Positions 17,599 through 27,177 are shown, numbered from the stretch's first letter. The stretch: 64,000 nt of DNA from an uncultured Flavobacteriaceae bacterium (GCA_947500575.1 CANMSI010000004.1:344778-408777); one strand, 5' to 3'. Translations and numbers: made by a program. Notes: a model not told the origin generated them from the sequence alone.

Positions 17599-19239
17599 TC
17601 AATTTTTATTGACTCGATAGGTAATACGTCGGTTGGTAATCACACTCTGAACTACTAGTGTTAGTACTACAGTATTTGAAGTTTCTGAATTACAGGTATT
17701 TACACTACTTGAAACCAGAACTCTATATTGGTTACCATTATCCATCGCAGTAGCGTCTGTGACGGTTAAAGTAGCCGTATTTGCGCCAGAATGTACCCTG
17801 GTATTGGTTACATTTACCCAAGTACTACCATTAAATTGCTGCCATTGAAATGTATTTGCGTTAGATGTAGCTACACTGAACGTAGTAGAACAGCCTAAAC
17901 AAATGGTTCTATCTAATGGCTGCGTACCAATGCTTACTGCAGGCAAGATGGTTATTTGTGTACTTCCTGAAACGTTTACTACTGGGTCACCAATAGATCC
18001 ACCATACTCTATAATGTATCCTTGTGGCGCGTAGGCACCTCCTCCTCCAACGTTCGGTAAGTCGTTCCAAGATCCTGGAGTAGCGGTCACTGAGGGATCC
18101 GTAATATGTGCAAAGTTCTCTTGGCCAGGTGTGCCTGGACCACCAGGATAATCATTAGGCTCATTGTTGTTCCAAAAGGCATATGTAAGTTCCGTTCCTC
18201 CTACTCCACCACTCCAAAAAGAGGTGCCTGCTTCGGGACCAGTAACCCATTGCCAATCGCCTTCTGTTGTGTCATCGGTTGCTCCAATCCAACCAACACC
18301 CGTAGCTTGAGAACCACTAAAATCGGCTTCTGCTTGTGATGTTAAGGTAACTAGATATCCTTGCAATCCATAATACGTTCGAGCGGCAGCGGCATCTCGC
18401 GCATCTGTCCATGTAATTCCAGGATCCGCAATAAATTCATAGTAATGAGCTGTTGATGGAAGAAAATTAGTATCGCCAACACTAATAGAAAAACCACGCG
18501 TGCCCGTGGGATTAATTGCACTACTACTATATTCTACCGAAGCAATTGCTGCCTCCAGTTCCGTTAAAGTTGCTGGTCCGGTAAGGGTTAGTTTCCCCTC
18601 CGTAATACTCCAAGTAGCTGTAATTGATGGATGTACACCGATAAGCGTTAACAGATCCTCTCCATTCATATATCCTGACGAAATTTGAATGGAAACTTCA
18701 TCTGCAGTAGTATCATCTTCATCCGTAATAGAAACCGATTCTACTACAGGAATGGAAGTTCCAGGACAATAACCCTGATCTCCGGTTACCGTAATTACGG
18801 GAGCTGCATCCGAAAAAATTGCGTCAAAAGTAAGCGTGATATCATCACCAAAGTCGCCGGGAGACGACTCCAAAACTAAATCTCCATCAACGTAAACCCT
18901 TACAAAAGATGTTCCGCCACCATAATCTCGCCATCCATCCCCAAAAGCATCTTCAATAAATAACTGGTAGCCCAGAGCGTAAGGTACCGTAAAAGTATCT
19001 GGAGCCCCGCTATTGTCATAAGTATCATTACTAAAATCACCGCTAAAACAGTTTAAAGGATAACATACCGTACCAATATCGGCTCCTGAAGAAGTCCTAA
19101 ATATAATTCTATTTTCCTCTGCATAATTATTCCAATCCACTTCTATAGTTACTAAAGCTTGCCCATTTACCTCTGCTGAGAAACAGAATAGCAAAAACAG
19201 TATAGGTAATATTATTTTAGTAGTTCTTTGAAGTAACAT
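17599..19239 (-). CDS. Secreted C-type-lectin-domain protein with EDxFGDxW N-terminal domain and Ig-like module; ends in VITNRRITYRVNKN
   Basis: 546-aa ORF with an ATG start and a signal peptide (ILPILFLLFCFSAEVNGQ). C-type lectin signature: HYYEFIADPGITWTDARDAA...GYLVTLTSQAEADF...GWIGATDDTTEGDWQWVTG...FWNNNEPND...WNDL. Confidence 0.85.
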   Translation of the reverse strand: MLLQRTTKIILPILFLLFCFSAEVNGQALVTIEVDWNNYAEENRIIFRTSSGADIGTVCYPLNCFSGDFSNDTYDNSGAPDTFTVPYALGYQLFIEDAFGDGWRDYGGGTSFVRVYVDGDLVLESSPGDFGDDITLTFDAIFSDAAPVITVTGDQGYCPGTSIPVVESVSITDEDDTTADEVSIQISSGYMNGEDLLTLIGVHPSITATWSITEGKLTLTGPATLTELEAAIASVEYSSSAINPTGTRGFSISVGDTNFLPSTAHYYEFIADPGITWTDARDAAAARTYYGLQGYLVTLTSQAEADFSGSQATGVGWIGATDDTTEGDWQWVTGPEAGTSFWSGGVGGTELTYAFWNNNEPNDYPGGPGTPGQENFAHITDPSVTATPGSWNDLPNVGGGGAYAPQGYIIEYGGSIGDPVVNVSGSTQITILPAVSIGTQPLDRTICLGCSTTFSVATSNANTFQWQQFNGSTWVNVTNTRVHSGANTATLTVTDATAMDNGNQYRVLVSSSVNTCNSETSNTVVLTLVVQSVITNRRITYRVNKN

Positions 19240-19293
19240 TTGGGAGACTCTTTATTAGAGCTTACAATATAGCTTAGCTTATGCGCTAGAACC

Positions 19294-19310
19294 AATATAT
19301 GTTGTGTGCG
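19294..19310. promoter_or_regulatory. Conserved upstream box AATATATGTTGTGTGCG (copy upstream of 17599..19239)
   Basis: The core ATGTTGTG sits at 19299-19306. It lies between the operon terminator (19412-19450) and the ATG at 19239, which argues for a 5-prime element of the downstream gene. Confidence 0.4.
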
Positions 19311-19411
19311 CAAAGAAAATAGGTATGAAAACCCAAAATATAGGATTTAGAGTACTATAAAGTAAGAAAAGTACTAATGTGTATTTGCAGCTAGGTAGTG
19401 TTTATTGAAGT

Positions 19412-19450
19412 AAAAAAGGCGATGACTTTATATAGTCATCGCCCTTTTTT
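19412..19450 (-). terminator. Rho-independent terminator after the T9SS operon (OmpA-family gene)
   Basis: A perfect 10-bp stem, ggcgatgact (19418-19427) with agtcatcgcc (19434-19443), encloses a 6-nt loop. A and T runs flank it on both sides. Confidence 0.8.
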
Positions 19451-19468
19451 ACTATTTATAATTGAATA

Positions 19469-21406
19469 TTATTCAAAAATAATGAATTCTGATCTTCTAT
19501 TCAGTTGGTGCTTTTCTTCAGAGCATTTGGTATTATTATCACATTCGTTGATTAGTTTGCTTTCCCCAAATCCTTCTTTTTCCAGGCGATCAGCTGCAAT
19601 TCCTTTGGAGATCATGTATGCCACTGTAGATTCTGCTCTCCTTTGAGAAAGTGCTAAATTATAGGCATCGCGTGCTCTACTGTCTGTATGTGAATTAACT
19701 TTTACTTTAAGACTAGGATATTTCTCCATAGCAGCTATTACTTTTTGAATTTCAATTTCTGCATCTGGACGTATGTTTGCCTTGTCTAAATCGAAGTAAA
19801 TGGTGCTCAACTGTAAGAGTTTTGCCAGATCGTCTCCAAAACCAGCAGTAACGGTTTCTCTTTCTAGGTAGAAATCCATTATTCTTGGTTTTCCGTCAGA
19901 TTTTACCAAGTATTCTTCAGAAGGTGTATATCCTTGTATTTGTGCTCTAACAAAATTTCCTTGATCACAATTAATCTCTAATTGATAGGTACCATCTGCA
20001 TCGGTGATTGTTGATAGTATTTCTTCGTTATTCTCATCAATTACTTTGATGGTGGCTCCTACCAATACCTCATTAGAAATTTTATCTCTTACAGTTCCTG
20101 TAATCTGCTGAAGACACTCAAACTGCAGCGGTTTCAATTCTACGAAGCTGTAGATATCATCTCTTCCCATGCCTCCTTTACGGTTGGAAGCAAAATACCC
20201 TTCTCTATTTTCTTCATTAAAAATAAATGTGAAGTCGTCTTGTTTGCTATTGACAGGCTCCCCAACATTTAAAACAGAAGCATTATAAGTTTGATCTTTA
20301 ATTTTTGTTGCAAATACATCCAAACCTCCTAGACCAGGATGTCCTTCTGATGAGAAATAAAGAATCTCATTACTTGTCACATAAGGAAAGGTTTCCCTTG
20401 CTTCAGTATTGATTGTTTTTCCCAAATTCTCTGGGGTTCCGTAGGTTCCATCTTCATTGATACTGACTTTATAGATATCGGATAAACCTTGGGTTCCAGG
20501 CATATCGGAAGCAAAATAAAGTGTTTTTTCATCCGGACTTAAAGCAGGATGCGCCACTGAATAATCGTCGCTATTAAAAGGAAGCCCTCTAGGTAGAGTC
20601 CATTCACCATCTACCAAAGATGTTTTAAAAATCTTTAGACGAATAACACCATCTTTATCTTTCTTTACTTTCCCTTCTTGGAAATTATTTCTTGTAAAGT
20701 AAAGCGTGTTTCCATCCTTTGAAAAAGCCGATGTAGATTCGTGCAAACGGGTATTTACCACTTTGCTTAATTTATCTACATCATTGATAGAAGAAGAATC
20801 TGCATTGATCTTATATAGGTCTAAAAAGTCTTTGGAATTCCAAGTATGGCGATAGCGCGCTAAATTTCCAGTATCTCTGTCCGATGAAAATATCAAACCT
20901 TCTTTGTAAAAAGATGGTGCAAAATCTGCATATTTAGAATTGTATTCAAAAGGTCCCATGGTATATCTACCAGAATTCTTCGAAATAGCCGCTAAATAGT
21001 CTTTCTCTTCTTCATATACGGTAGCTCTTACATCATTAGAGGTTAAGGAAGTAAACTTGGACATAATAGCGTTGGACTTCTCATATTCTCCAAGCGTTCT
21101 TAAAGTCTGCGCATATCTAAAATAATATTCGGCACCAACATCTGCAGTATATTCATCTACCAATCTTGCGTAGGTTTCTGAGGCCTCTTGATAGTCGGCA
21201 TTAAAATAGTAGGAATTCCCTAAACGTTTTAATAGGTCTGCTGAAACATAGCCTTTATCTAGGACACGTTTGTATATATCAATTGCTGGACTAAAAGAAT
21301 AATCCTCATATTGCGCATTGGCTTTATTAACAAGTCTTTCTTGTGCAGATATAGTTCCAGTACATGTGGCGATTAGGACAACTAGTAAAAGGATTCTTTT
21401 TAACAT
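19469..21406 (-). CDS. OmpA-family outer-membrane/peptidoglycan-associated protein (TPR, TolB-like beta-propeller, CarboxypepD_reg-like, OmpA C-terminal domain)
   Basis: 645-aa ORF with an ATG start and a signal peptide. OmpA-like C-terminus: IYFDLDKANIRPDA...VNSHTDSRARDAYNLALSQRRAESTVAYMISKGI. It follows PorP/SprF by 11 bp, a typical T9SS type-B operon partner. Confidence 0.9.
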   Translation of the reverse strand: MLKRILLLVVLIATCTGTISAQERLVNKANAQYEDYSFSPAIDIYKRVLDKGYVSADLLKRLGNSYYFNADYQEASETYARLVDEYTADVGAEYYFRYAQTLRTLGEYEKSNAIMSKFTSLTSNDVRATVYEEEKDYLAAISKNSGRYTMGPFEYNSKYADFAPSFYKEGLIFSSDRDTGNLARYRHTWNSKDFLDLYKINADSSSINDVDKLSKVVNTRLHESTSAFSKDGNTLYFTRNNFQEGKVKKDKDGVIRLKIFKTSLVDGEWTLPRGLPFNSDDYSVAHPALSPDEKTLYFASDMPGTQGLSDIYKVSINEDGTYGTPENLGKTINTEARETFPYVTSNEILYFSSEGHPGLGGLDVFATKIKDQTYNASVLNVGEPVNSKQDDFTFIFNEENREGYFASNRKGGMGRDDIYSFVELKPLQFECLQQITGTVRDKISNEVLVGATIKVIDENNEEILSTITDADGTYQLEINCDQGNFVRAQIQGYTPSEEYLVKSDGKPRIMDFYLERETVTAGFGDDLAKLLQLSTIYFDLDKANIRPDAEIEIQKVIAAMEKYPSLKVKVNSHTDSRARDAYNLALSQRRAESTVAYMISKGIAADRLEKEGFGESKLINECDNNTKCSEEKHQLNRRSEFIIFE

Positions 21407-21417
21407 CTATTTTTAAT

Positions 21418-22368
21418 TTAGAAGAAACGAGGTGATACTAATTTTTCAAAAGACTTAACCAATTCAAATCTTAAGAATACTTCAAAGGAACCATCATTAA
21501 ACTGGGTTCCTCCTAATGCGGTAGTCTCCCTGTCATAGGCAAGACCTAACATCATCTGATCAGATATTTGAAATCCTAACAAACCACTTACGGCAGCATC
21601 CCAACGATAAGCTGCACCAAACATAAATTTGTCATTAAACAAAAAATTAGCAGAAACATCTACTTGTAATGGTGCTCCACCTACTGCTTTCAGAAGTGCT
21701 GCAGGTTTGAATTTAAAATTATTATTTAAATCGAATACGTAACCAGTTATCAAATAAAGGTTAATGCGTTCTCTTGCCAAGAAATTAACTCCTCCAGTGC
21801 TATTTTGGTTATCAAAATATTCTGTTTCCAAAATATTTGGTGCAGATAAACCTGCGTAAAACTTCTTACTGTGGTAGTATACCCCTAACCCAAAATTTGG
21901 TGAAAATTGATTATCAATATTATTTCCGTCTATGGCTTCACTATCGAAGTTTCGAAGTTGTGAAAAATCTAGATTTAAGATGCTACCTCCAACTTTTAAT
22001 CCAAAAGATAGTTTGGCATTTTCGGAAACATCTAAGCTATAAGACACTACAGCATCAATATCTGTCTCTTGTACGGTACCTTCACCAATATTGTCATTAA
22101 TTACGGAAAGACCATAGCCCACTTTGCTTTCTCGTATGGGCGAATGTAAGTTTAAAGTGAAGGACTCTGGAGCGCCAGCTAAGCCTACCCATTGAGATCT
22201 GTATAATGCGGCTGCACTAAACTGACCACGAGAACCTGCGTAGGCAGGGTTAACACTAAGGGTGTTGAACATGTATTGGGTGTACTGCGCATCTTGTTGC
22301 GCACTGACAGTTTGTAGCACTGCCATGCATAGAAATATGCATGGCAGTAATCCGCTTTTTTTTATCAT
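21418..22368 (-). CDS. PorP/SprF-family type IX secretion system membrane protein
   Basis: 316-aa ORF with the N-terminal signature QQDAQYTQYMFNTLSVNPAYAGS. Beta-barrel-like alternating pattern throughout. It lies 17 bp downstream of a type-B-CTD gene. Confidence 0.9.
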   Translation of the reverse strand: MIKKSGLLPCIFLCMAVLQTVSAQQDAQYTQYMFNTLSVNPAYAGSRGQFSAAALYRSQWVGLAGAPESFTLNLHSPIRESKVGYGLSVINDNIGEGTVQETDIDAVVSYSLDVSENAKLSFGLKVGGSILNLDFSQLRNFDSEAIDGNNIDNQFSPNFGLGVYYHSKKFYAGLSAPNILETEYFDNQNSTGGVNFLARERINLYLITGYVFDLNNNFKFKPAALLKAVGGAPLQVDVSANFLFNDKFMFGAAYRWDAAVSGLLGFQISDQMMLGLAYDRETTALGGTQFNDGSFEVFLRFELVKSFEKLVSPRFF

Positions 22369-22385
22369 TTTATAGTGTTCAAAGT

Positions 22386-25151
22386 TTACCTGCTAATATA
22401 AATGTATTCGCTATCAGTCACCTTTTCTCCTTCTGTTGTAGTATACTCAAAGATATAAAAATATATCCCTGCTGGTAAGAAATCTTCGGAACTCAATGTT
22501 GATCTTCCATTTGATCTCCCTACAAAAACATTATTCTGATTGTTATAATTTTCCCCTTCATATACCGCTACTCCCCATCTGTTAAATATACGAAGTGAAT
22601 TGTTTAGTGCATTCTCTACACCGCGAATGAAAAGAAAATCGTTCTTTCCATCTCCGTTTGGAGTTACCATTTGATTTACTTCAATATCTTGATCTGGAGT
22701 ATCGTCAATTGGATCTAAATAATCTGGTATCCCATCTCCATCAGTATCATCGTTGGTAGGATCTCCATCTCCGTCTGCATCTTCGTCTGGAGTATCAATA
22801 CCATCACCATCGTCATCTATATCTCTATAGTTTACATCTTCTGTACCATCCGTATCTGGAAGATCATTGGCTGGGTCATTAATTTCATCATTTACATCGA
22901 AACCATCGTTGACATCGCCTCCTTCATAGCCGTCATCTAAACCATCTCCGTCAGAATCAGTTCCGGTAAATGTTTGATCAGGAATACCGTCAAAATTAAA
23001 GTCGTTCCCTTCATTACTATCTGGAACTGAGTCATTATCACTGTCCTCGTCTAAATAATCTGGATTATCTTCTCCATCCGTATTCACAGGTGTAAGACCT
23101 TCATCTCCTTCTCCTTCATACGCATCGTCCAAACCGTCATTGTCTGCATCCGTCCCAGATGGGGCTACATATCCATCTGTCGTTTGCGCTTCTACATTAT
23201 CTGGAATACCATCATTGTCTGCGTCTATATCTAAATGATCTGGAAATCCATCTCCATCAGAATCTAGAGGATCTGTCAATGGATTGTTATCACCATCCAA
23301 ATTAGGATCTTCTTCAGTATCTAAAATTCCATCATTATCGTCATCGATATCTACATTATCTGGCACTCCATCACCATCTGTATCCACATCATCTGTTGGA
23401 TCTAAATAATCTGGTATACCATCTCCATCTGTATCATCATTTGTTGGGTCACCATCACCATTGGCATCTTCATCTTCTGTATTGATACCATCACCATCAT
23501 CATCTATATCTCTATAGTTTACATCTTCGGTCTCATCTGTATCTGGTAAATCTTCAGAGGGCACGTCTATTTCGTCATTTACGTCGAAACCATCATCTAC
23601 ATCATCTCCTTCATAGCCATCATCTAGACCATCTCCATCCGTGTCATTACCTGTTGCTGTTTGATCTGGAATACCGTCAAAATTAAAATCGTTCCCTTCA
23701 TTATTATCTGGTACCGTATCATTGTCACTATCCTCATCTAAATAATCAGGAATTTCGTCCTCGTCTGTATCTTGAGGATCTAGACCTAACTGACCTTCTT
23801 CCATTCCCTCATACGCATCATCAAGACCATTGTTGTTCTCATCTTGGCCGGTAGGACCTACATACCCATCTGTATCTTGTGCTTCCACATTATCAGGAAT
23901 ACCATCATCATCAGAATCAATATCTACTCTGTCTGGATACCCATCTCCATCTGAATCTATATCCGTATTAAATGTGGTTGTCTGTGGGTTATTGAAGTTT
24001 TCTAAACAGGAGAATTGAATACCAGACTGTCTTACAATAGTGGTAAAGTTCTCTGGTCTATCTGTTGTTATACCAAATCGAAATACAAAGGAAGAAATGT
24101 TTACAAACTCCACCGCTACATTTACCTGTGGGTTGGTATTTTGGATTCCGTTATATTCAGTTCTACCGCCAGTGATCAATAATCCACTTCCTGTATTTAC
24201 AACGTTGATATCTTTTGGATCATCCACGGTAAAACTAGCAGGTGTGTCAAATCTATTCAACTCTTGGTATTGTCTGTTTCCATCAATATCAATAAAATTC
24301 GCTATCAATTCATCTAATACTGCAACATCATTGGTTCCTGCATCTACAAGCGATATTCTTAAATCTGCAAAAGGAGTTCTGTTCGTATCTGTAGTAGTAA
24401 ATTGAATTTCTGGTTTAAAAAATTCTGGATCTACTGAATTTTGATCAATATTATCAATTCTAGCATCTTCCAATCTAGCAACAGTTACCAAGGCATCTAA
24501 ACCAGCAGTAACATCACTAAATCTATACACTGCACCCTCTTGTAAAGCATCACCTGATTCTAGGTTAGGTGGGGTACTAAAGTCTAAAGTTGGAATGGTA
24601 TCACAATCAAATTCAGTACTCAAAGCACTGGATTCAACGCTATCTAGAATACCATCATTATCAGAATCAATATCTACAATATCAAAGATATTGTCCATAT
24701 CCGTATCCACTGGGGTAATACCCTCTCCGGCACCAGGTGCACTTTCGTACGCATCGTCCAATCCATTGCCGTCTGTATCCACTCCGGAAGCTGGTATAAA
24801 AGCGATAGGACTTTGCGCCTCTGTATTATCATTGATACCATCATTATCGGAATCAAAATCCAAATAATCAGGAATTCCATCCATGTCATTATCGGAAGGA
24901 TTTGTGGTAGGATCATTGTCCCCATCTGTATTGGCATCCTCAACAGTATCTAAAATACCATCTCCGTCATCATCTATATCATCAACATCCGCCACCCCAT
25001 CGGTGTCAGTGTCAATCATAAACATATTAAATGTCATCGATTCAGAAACTGCGTCAAATGAAGTAGTTAATCCAAATACAAATAAAGCACCGGTTAAGAT
25101 AATGCCATACAGCGCTTTTTCTTTAAGTTTTAAAAACGTATAGTTTTCCAT
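22386..25151 (-). CDS. T9SS type-B C-terminal-domain protein rich in thrombospondin-type-3-like Ca-binding repeats
   Basis: The ORF-track start at 25163 is a TTG; the ATG at 25151 gives MENYTFLKL.... Dozens of DxDxDGxxDxxD motifs are present. The C-terminus [16 protein letters not shown]...[14 protein letters not shown]...[11 protein letters not shown] matches the gliding-motility/type-B sorting domain pattern. Confidence 0.9.
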   Translation of the reverse strand: MENYTFLKLKEKALYGIILTGALFVFGLTTSFDAVSESMTFNMFMIDTDTDGVADVDDIDDDGDGILDTVEDANTDGDNDPTTNPSDNDMDGIPDYLDFDSDNDGINDNTEAQSPIAFIPASGVDTDGNGLDDAYESAPGAGEGITPVDTDMDNIFDIVDIDSDNDGILDSVESSALSTEFDCDTIPTLDFSTPPNLESGDALQEGAVYRFSDVTAGLDALVTVARLEDARIDNIDQNSVDPEFFKPEIQFTTTDTNRTPFADLRISLVDAGTNDVAVLDELIANFIDIDGNRQYQELNRFDTPASFTVDDPKDINVVNTGSGLLITGGRTEYNGIQNTNPQVNVAVEFVNISSFVFRFGITTDRPENFTTIVRQSGIQFSCLENFNNPQTTTFNTDIDSDGDGYPDRVDIDSDDDGIPDNVEAQDTDGYVGPTGQDENNNGLDDAYEGMEEGQLGLDPQDTDEDEIPDYLDEDSDNDTVPDNNEGNDFNFDGIPDQTATGNDTDGDGLDDGYEGDDVDDGFDVNDEIDVPSEDLPDTDETEDVNYRDIDDDGDGINTEDEDANGDGDPTNDDTDGDGIPDYLDPTDDVDTDGDGVPDNVDIDDDNDGILDTEEDPNLDGDNNPLTDPLDSDGDGFPDHLDIDADNDGIPDNVEAQTTDGYVAPSGTDADNDGLDDAYEGEGDEGLTPVNTDGEDNPDYLDEDSDNDSVPDSNEGNDFNFDGIPDQTFTGTDSDGDGLDDGYEGGDVNDGFDVNDEINDPANDLPDTDGTEDVNYRDIDDDGDGIDTPDEDADGDGDPTNDDTDGDGIPDYLDPIDDTPDQDIEVNQMVTPNGDGKNDFLFIRGVENALNNSLRIFNRWGVAVYEGENYNNQNNVFVGRSNGRSTLSSEDFLPAGIYFYIFEYTTTEGEKVTDSEYIYISR

Positions 25152-25572
25152 AAGTGTCAGCAATTTGAGTTACTAATCACCATGGCTTTGTAGGAAAATA
25201 ATCTGTAAGAAGTTAGGGCTTCTTGGTAATTTTACCGCAATATATAGCTTAATTCTCGATCCTCAAATTGTTTTAAAAGCATATATTATGAAAATTCTTT
25301 ATAAACACAGGTTTACTCGATAAAGAGTTCAATTATCATCTGTTTTGTTGTAGTAAGATACGTTGATCGATGAAAAAAAGTTTATCTCCTTCGCAAAAAA
25401 ACGATTAAATTTGCTTTTGATCGAGTCTTAAAACCCCATATAAGAAACAGATTATTAGGCTACTATCCCATCCATATTTATAATACAGCATCCCTTTTGA
25501 AAATTTTATAAATCGTATTTCATATCTCTGGTAAGCCATAATATTTAGCTTATTTTTGCTCAAATTTTTTTC

Positions 25573-27162
25573 ATGGATTTTAAAGCGCAAACACTTAGGC
25601 GAAGAACTTTTGGTATCATATCTCACCCAGATGCTGGGAAAACTACACTTACAGAAAAACTACTATTGTTTGGGGGTGCCATACAAGAAGCTGGCGCGGT
25701 AAAAAATAATAAGATTAAGAAAACGGCGACCAGCGATTTTATGGAGATAGAACGCCAAAGAGGTATCTCAGTTGCCACTTCCGTTTTGGCATTTATCTAT
25801 AAGGATAAGAAAATAAACATTCTAGATACTCCGGGGCATAAGGATTTTGCAGAAGATACGTTTAGAACACTTACTGCCGTAGATAGCGTAATTGTTGTAA
25901 TTGATGTGGCAAAAGGAGTAGAAGCGCAAACAGAGAAACTGGTAGAAGTATGTAGAATGCGTAATATTCCTATGATTGTATTTATTAATAAGCTGGATAG
26001 GGAAGGAAAAGACGCTTTTGATTTATTAGATGAAGTAGAACAGAAATTGGGGCTTTCCGTTACTCCTCTAAGTTTCCCCATTGGAATGGGCTATGATTTT
26101 AAAGGAATTTATAATATCTATGAAAAAAATATCAACCTATTTAGCGGAGATAGTAGAAAAAACATAGAAGAAACACTCGCTTTTGACGACATTGAAAATC
26201 CTGAATTAGACACTATTATTGGAGAAAATGCAGCGGCAGAACTTCGTGAAAATCTAGAATTAGTAAAAGGGGTTTATCCAGAATTTGACAAAGAAGCCTA
26301 TTTAAATGGTAGCTTACAACCGGTTTTCTTTGGGTCTGCCTTGAATAACTTTGGCGTCCGAGAATTGCTAGATTGTTTTATAGAAATTGCGCCATCACCC
26401 AGAGCAAAAATGTCTGAAGAACGCTTGGTAGAAGCACATGAGAAAGATTTAACGGGTTTTGTTTTTAAAATTCATGCGAATATGGACCCCAAACACAGAG
26501 ACCGCTTGGCTTTTGTGAAAATAGTATCTGGTACCTTTGAACGCAACAAACCCTACCTGCACGTGCGCCATAACAAACGAATGAAATTTTCAAGTCCAAA
26601 TGCATTTTTTGCTGAAAAAAAAGAGATTGTAGATATCTCCTATCCAGGTGATATTGTTGGACTACACGATACCGGAAATTTCAAGATTGGAGATACGCTA
26701 ACAGAAGGTGAAATACTACACTACAAAGGTATTCCAAGTTTCTCACCGGAACATTTTAGATATATAAACAACGCCGATCCAATGAAGTCTAAACAGCTTC
26801 AGAAAGGCATTGACCAGCTTATGGATGAAGGTGTAGCCCAATTATTTACTTTAGAAATGAATGGAAGAAAGGTTATTGGAACGGTAGGGGCTTTACAATA
26901 CGAAGTAATTCAATATCGTCTAGAGCACGAATACAGTGCTAAATGCACCTATGAAAACTTCCCTGTTTACAAGGCTTGTTGGGTAGCCCCGGAAGATAAA
27001 AACAACGATGAGTTTAAAGAATTTAAACGTATAAAGCATAAATTTTTAGCCATTGATAAGCAAGGGCAAATGGTATTCTTGGCAGATTCTCAGTTCTCCT
27101 TACAAATGACACAGCAAAAGTATCCGACTGTAAAACTTCATTTTACTTCGGAGTACGAATAG
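25573..27162 (+). CDS. prfC: Peptide chain release factor 3
   Basis: 529 aa. GTPase N-terminus RRRTFGIISHPDAGKTTLTEKLLLFGGAIQEAG, with DTPGHKDF and NKLD motifs. Confidence 0.95.
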   Translation: MDFKAQTLRRRTFGIISHPDAGKTTLTEKLLLFGGAIQEAGAVKNNKIKKTATSDFMEIERQRGISVATSVLAFIYKDKKINILDTPGHKDFAEDTFRTLTAVDSVIVVIDVAKGVEAQTEKLVEVCRMRNIPMIVFINKLDREGKDAFDLLDEVEQKLGLSVTPLSFPIGMGYDFKGIYNIYEKNINLFSGDSRKNIEETLAFDDIENPELDTIIGENAAAELRENLELVKGVYPEFDKEAYLNGSLQPVFFGSALNNFGVRELLDCFIEIAPSPRAKMSEERLVEAHEKDLTGFVFKIHANMDPKHRDRLAFVKIVSGTFERNKPYLHVRHNKRMKFSSPNAFFAEKKEIVDISYPGDIVGLHDTGNFKIGDTLTEGEILHYKGIPSFSPEHFRYINNADPMKSKQLQKGIDQLMDEGVAQLFTLEMNGRKVIGTVGALQYEVIQYRLEHEYSAKCTYENFPVYKACWVAPEDKNNDEFKEFKRIKHKFLAIDKQGQMVFLADSQFSLQMTQQKYPTVKLHFTSEYE

Positions 27163-27177
27163 CTGAAACAACCTACC

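Noticed and set aside
25341-25357. Possible sixth copy of the upstream box (TGTTTTGTTGTAGTAAG) ahead of the T9SS type-B gene
   Set aside because: It lacks the ATGTTGTG core and needs an indel to align. It is too divergent to claim.
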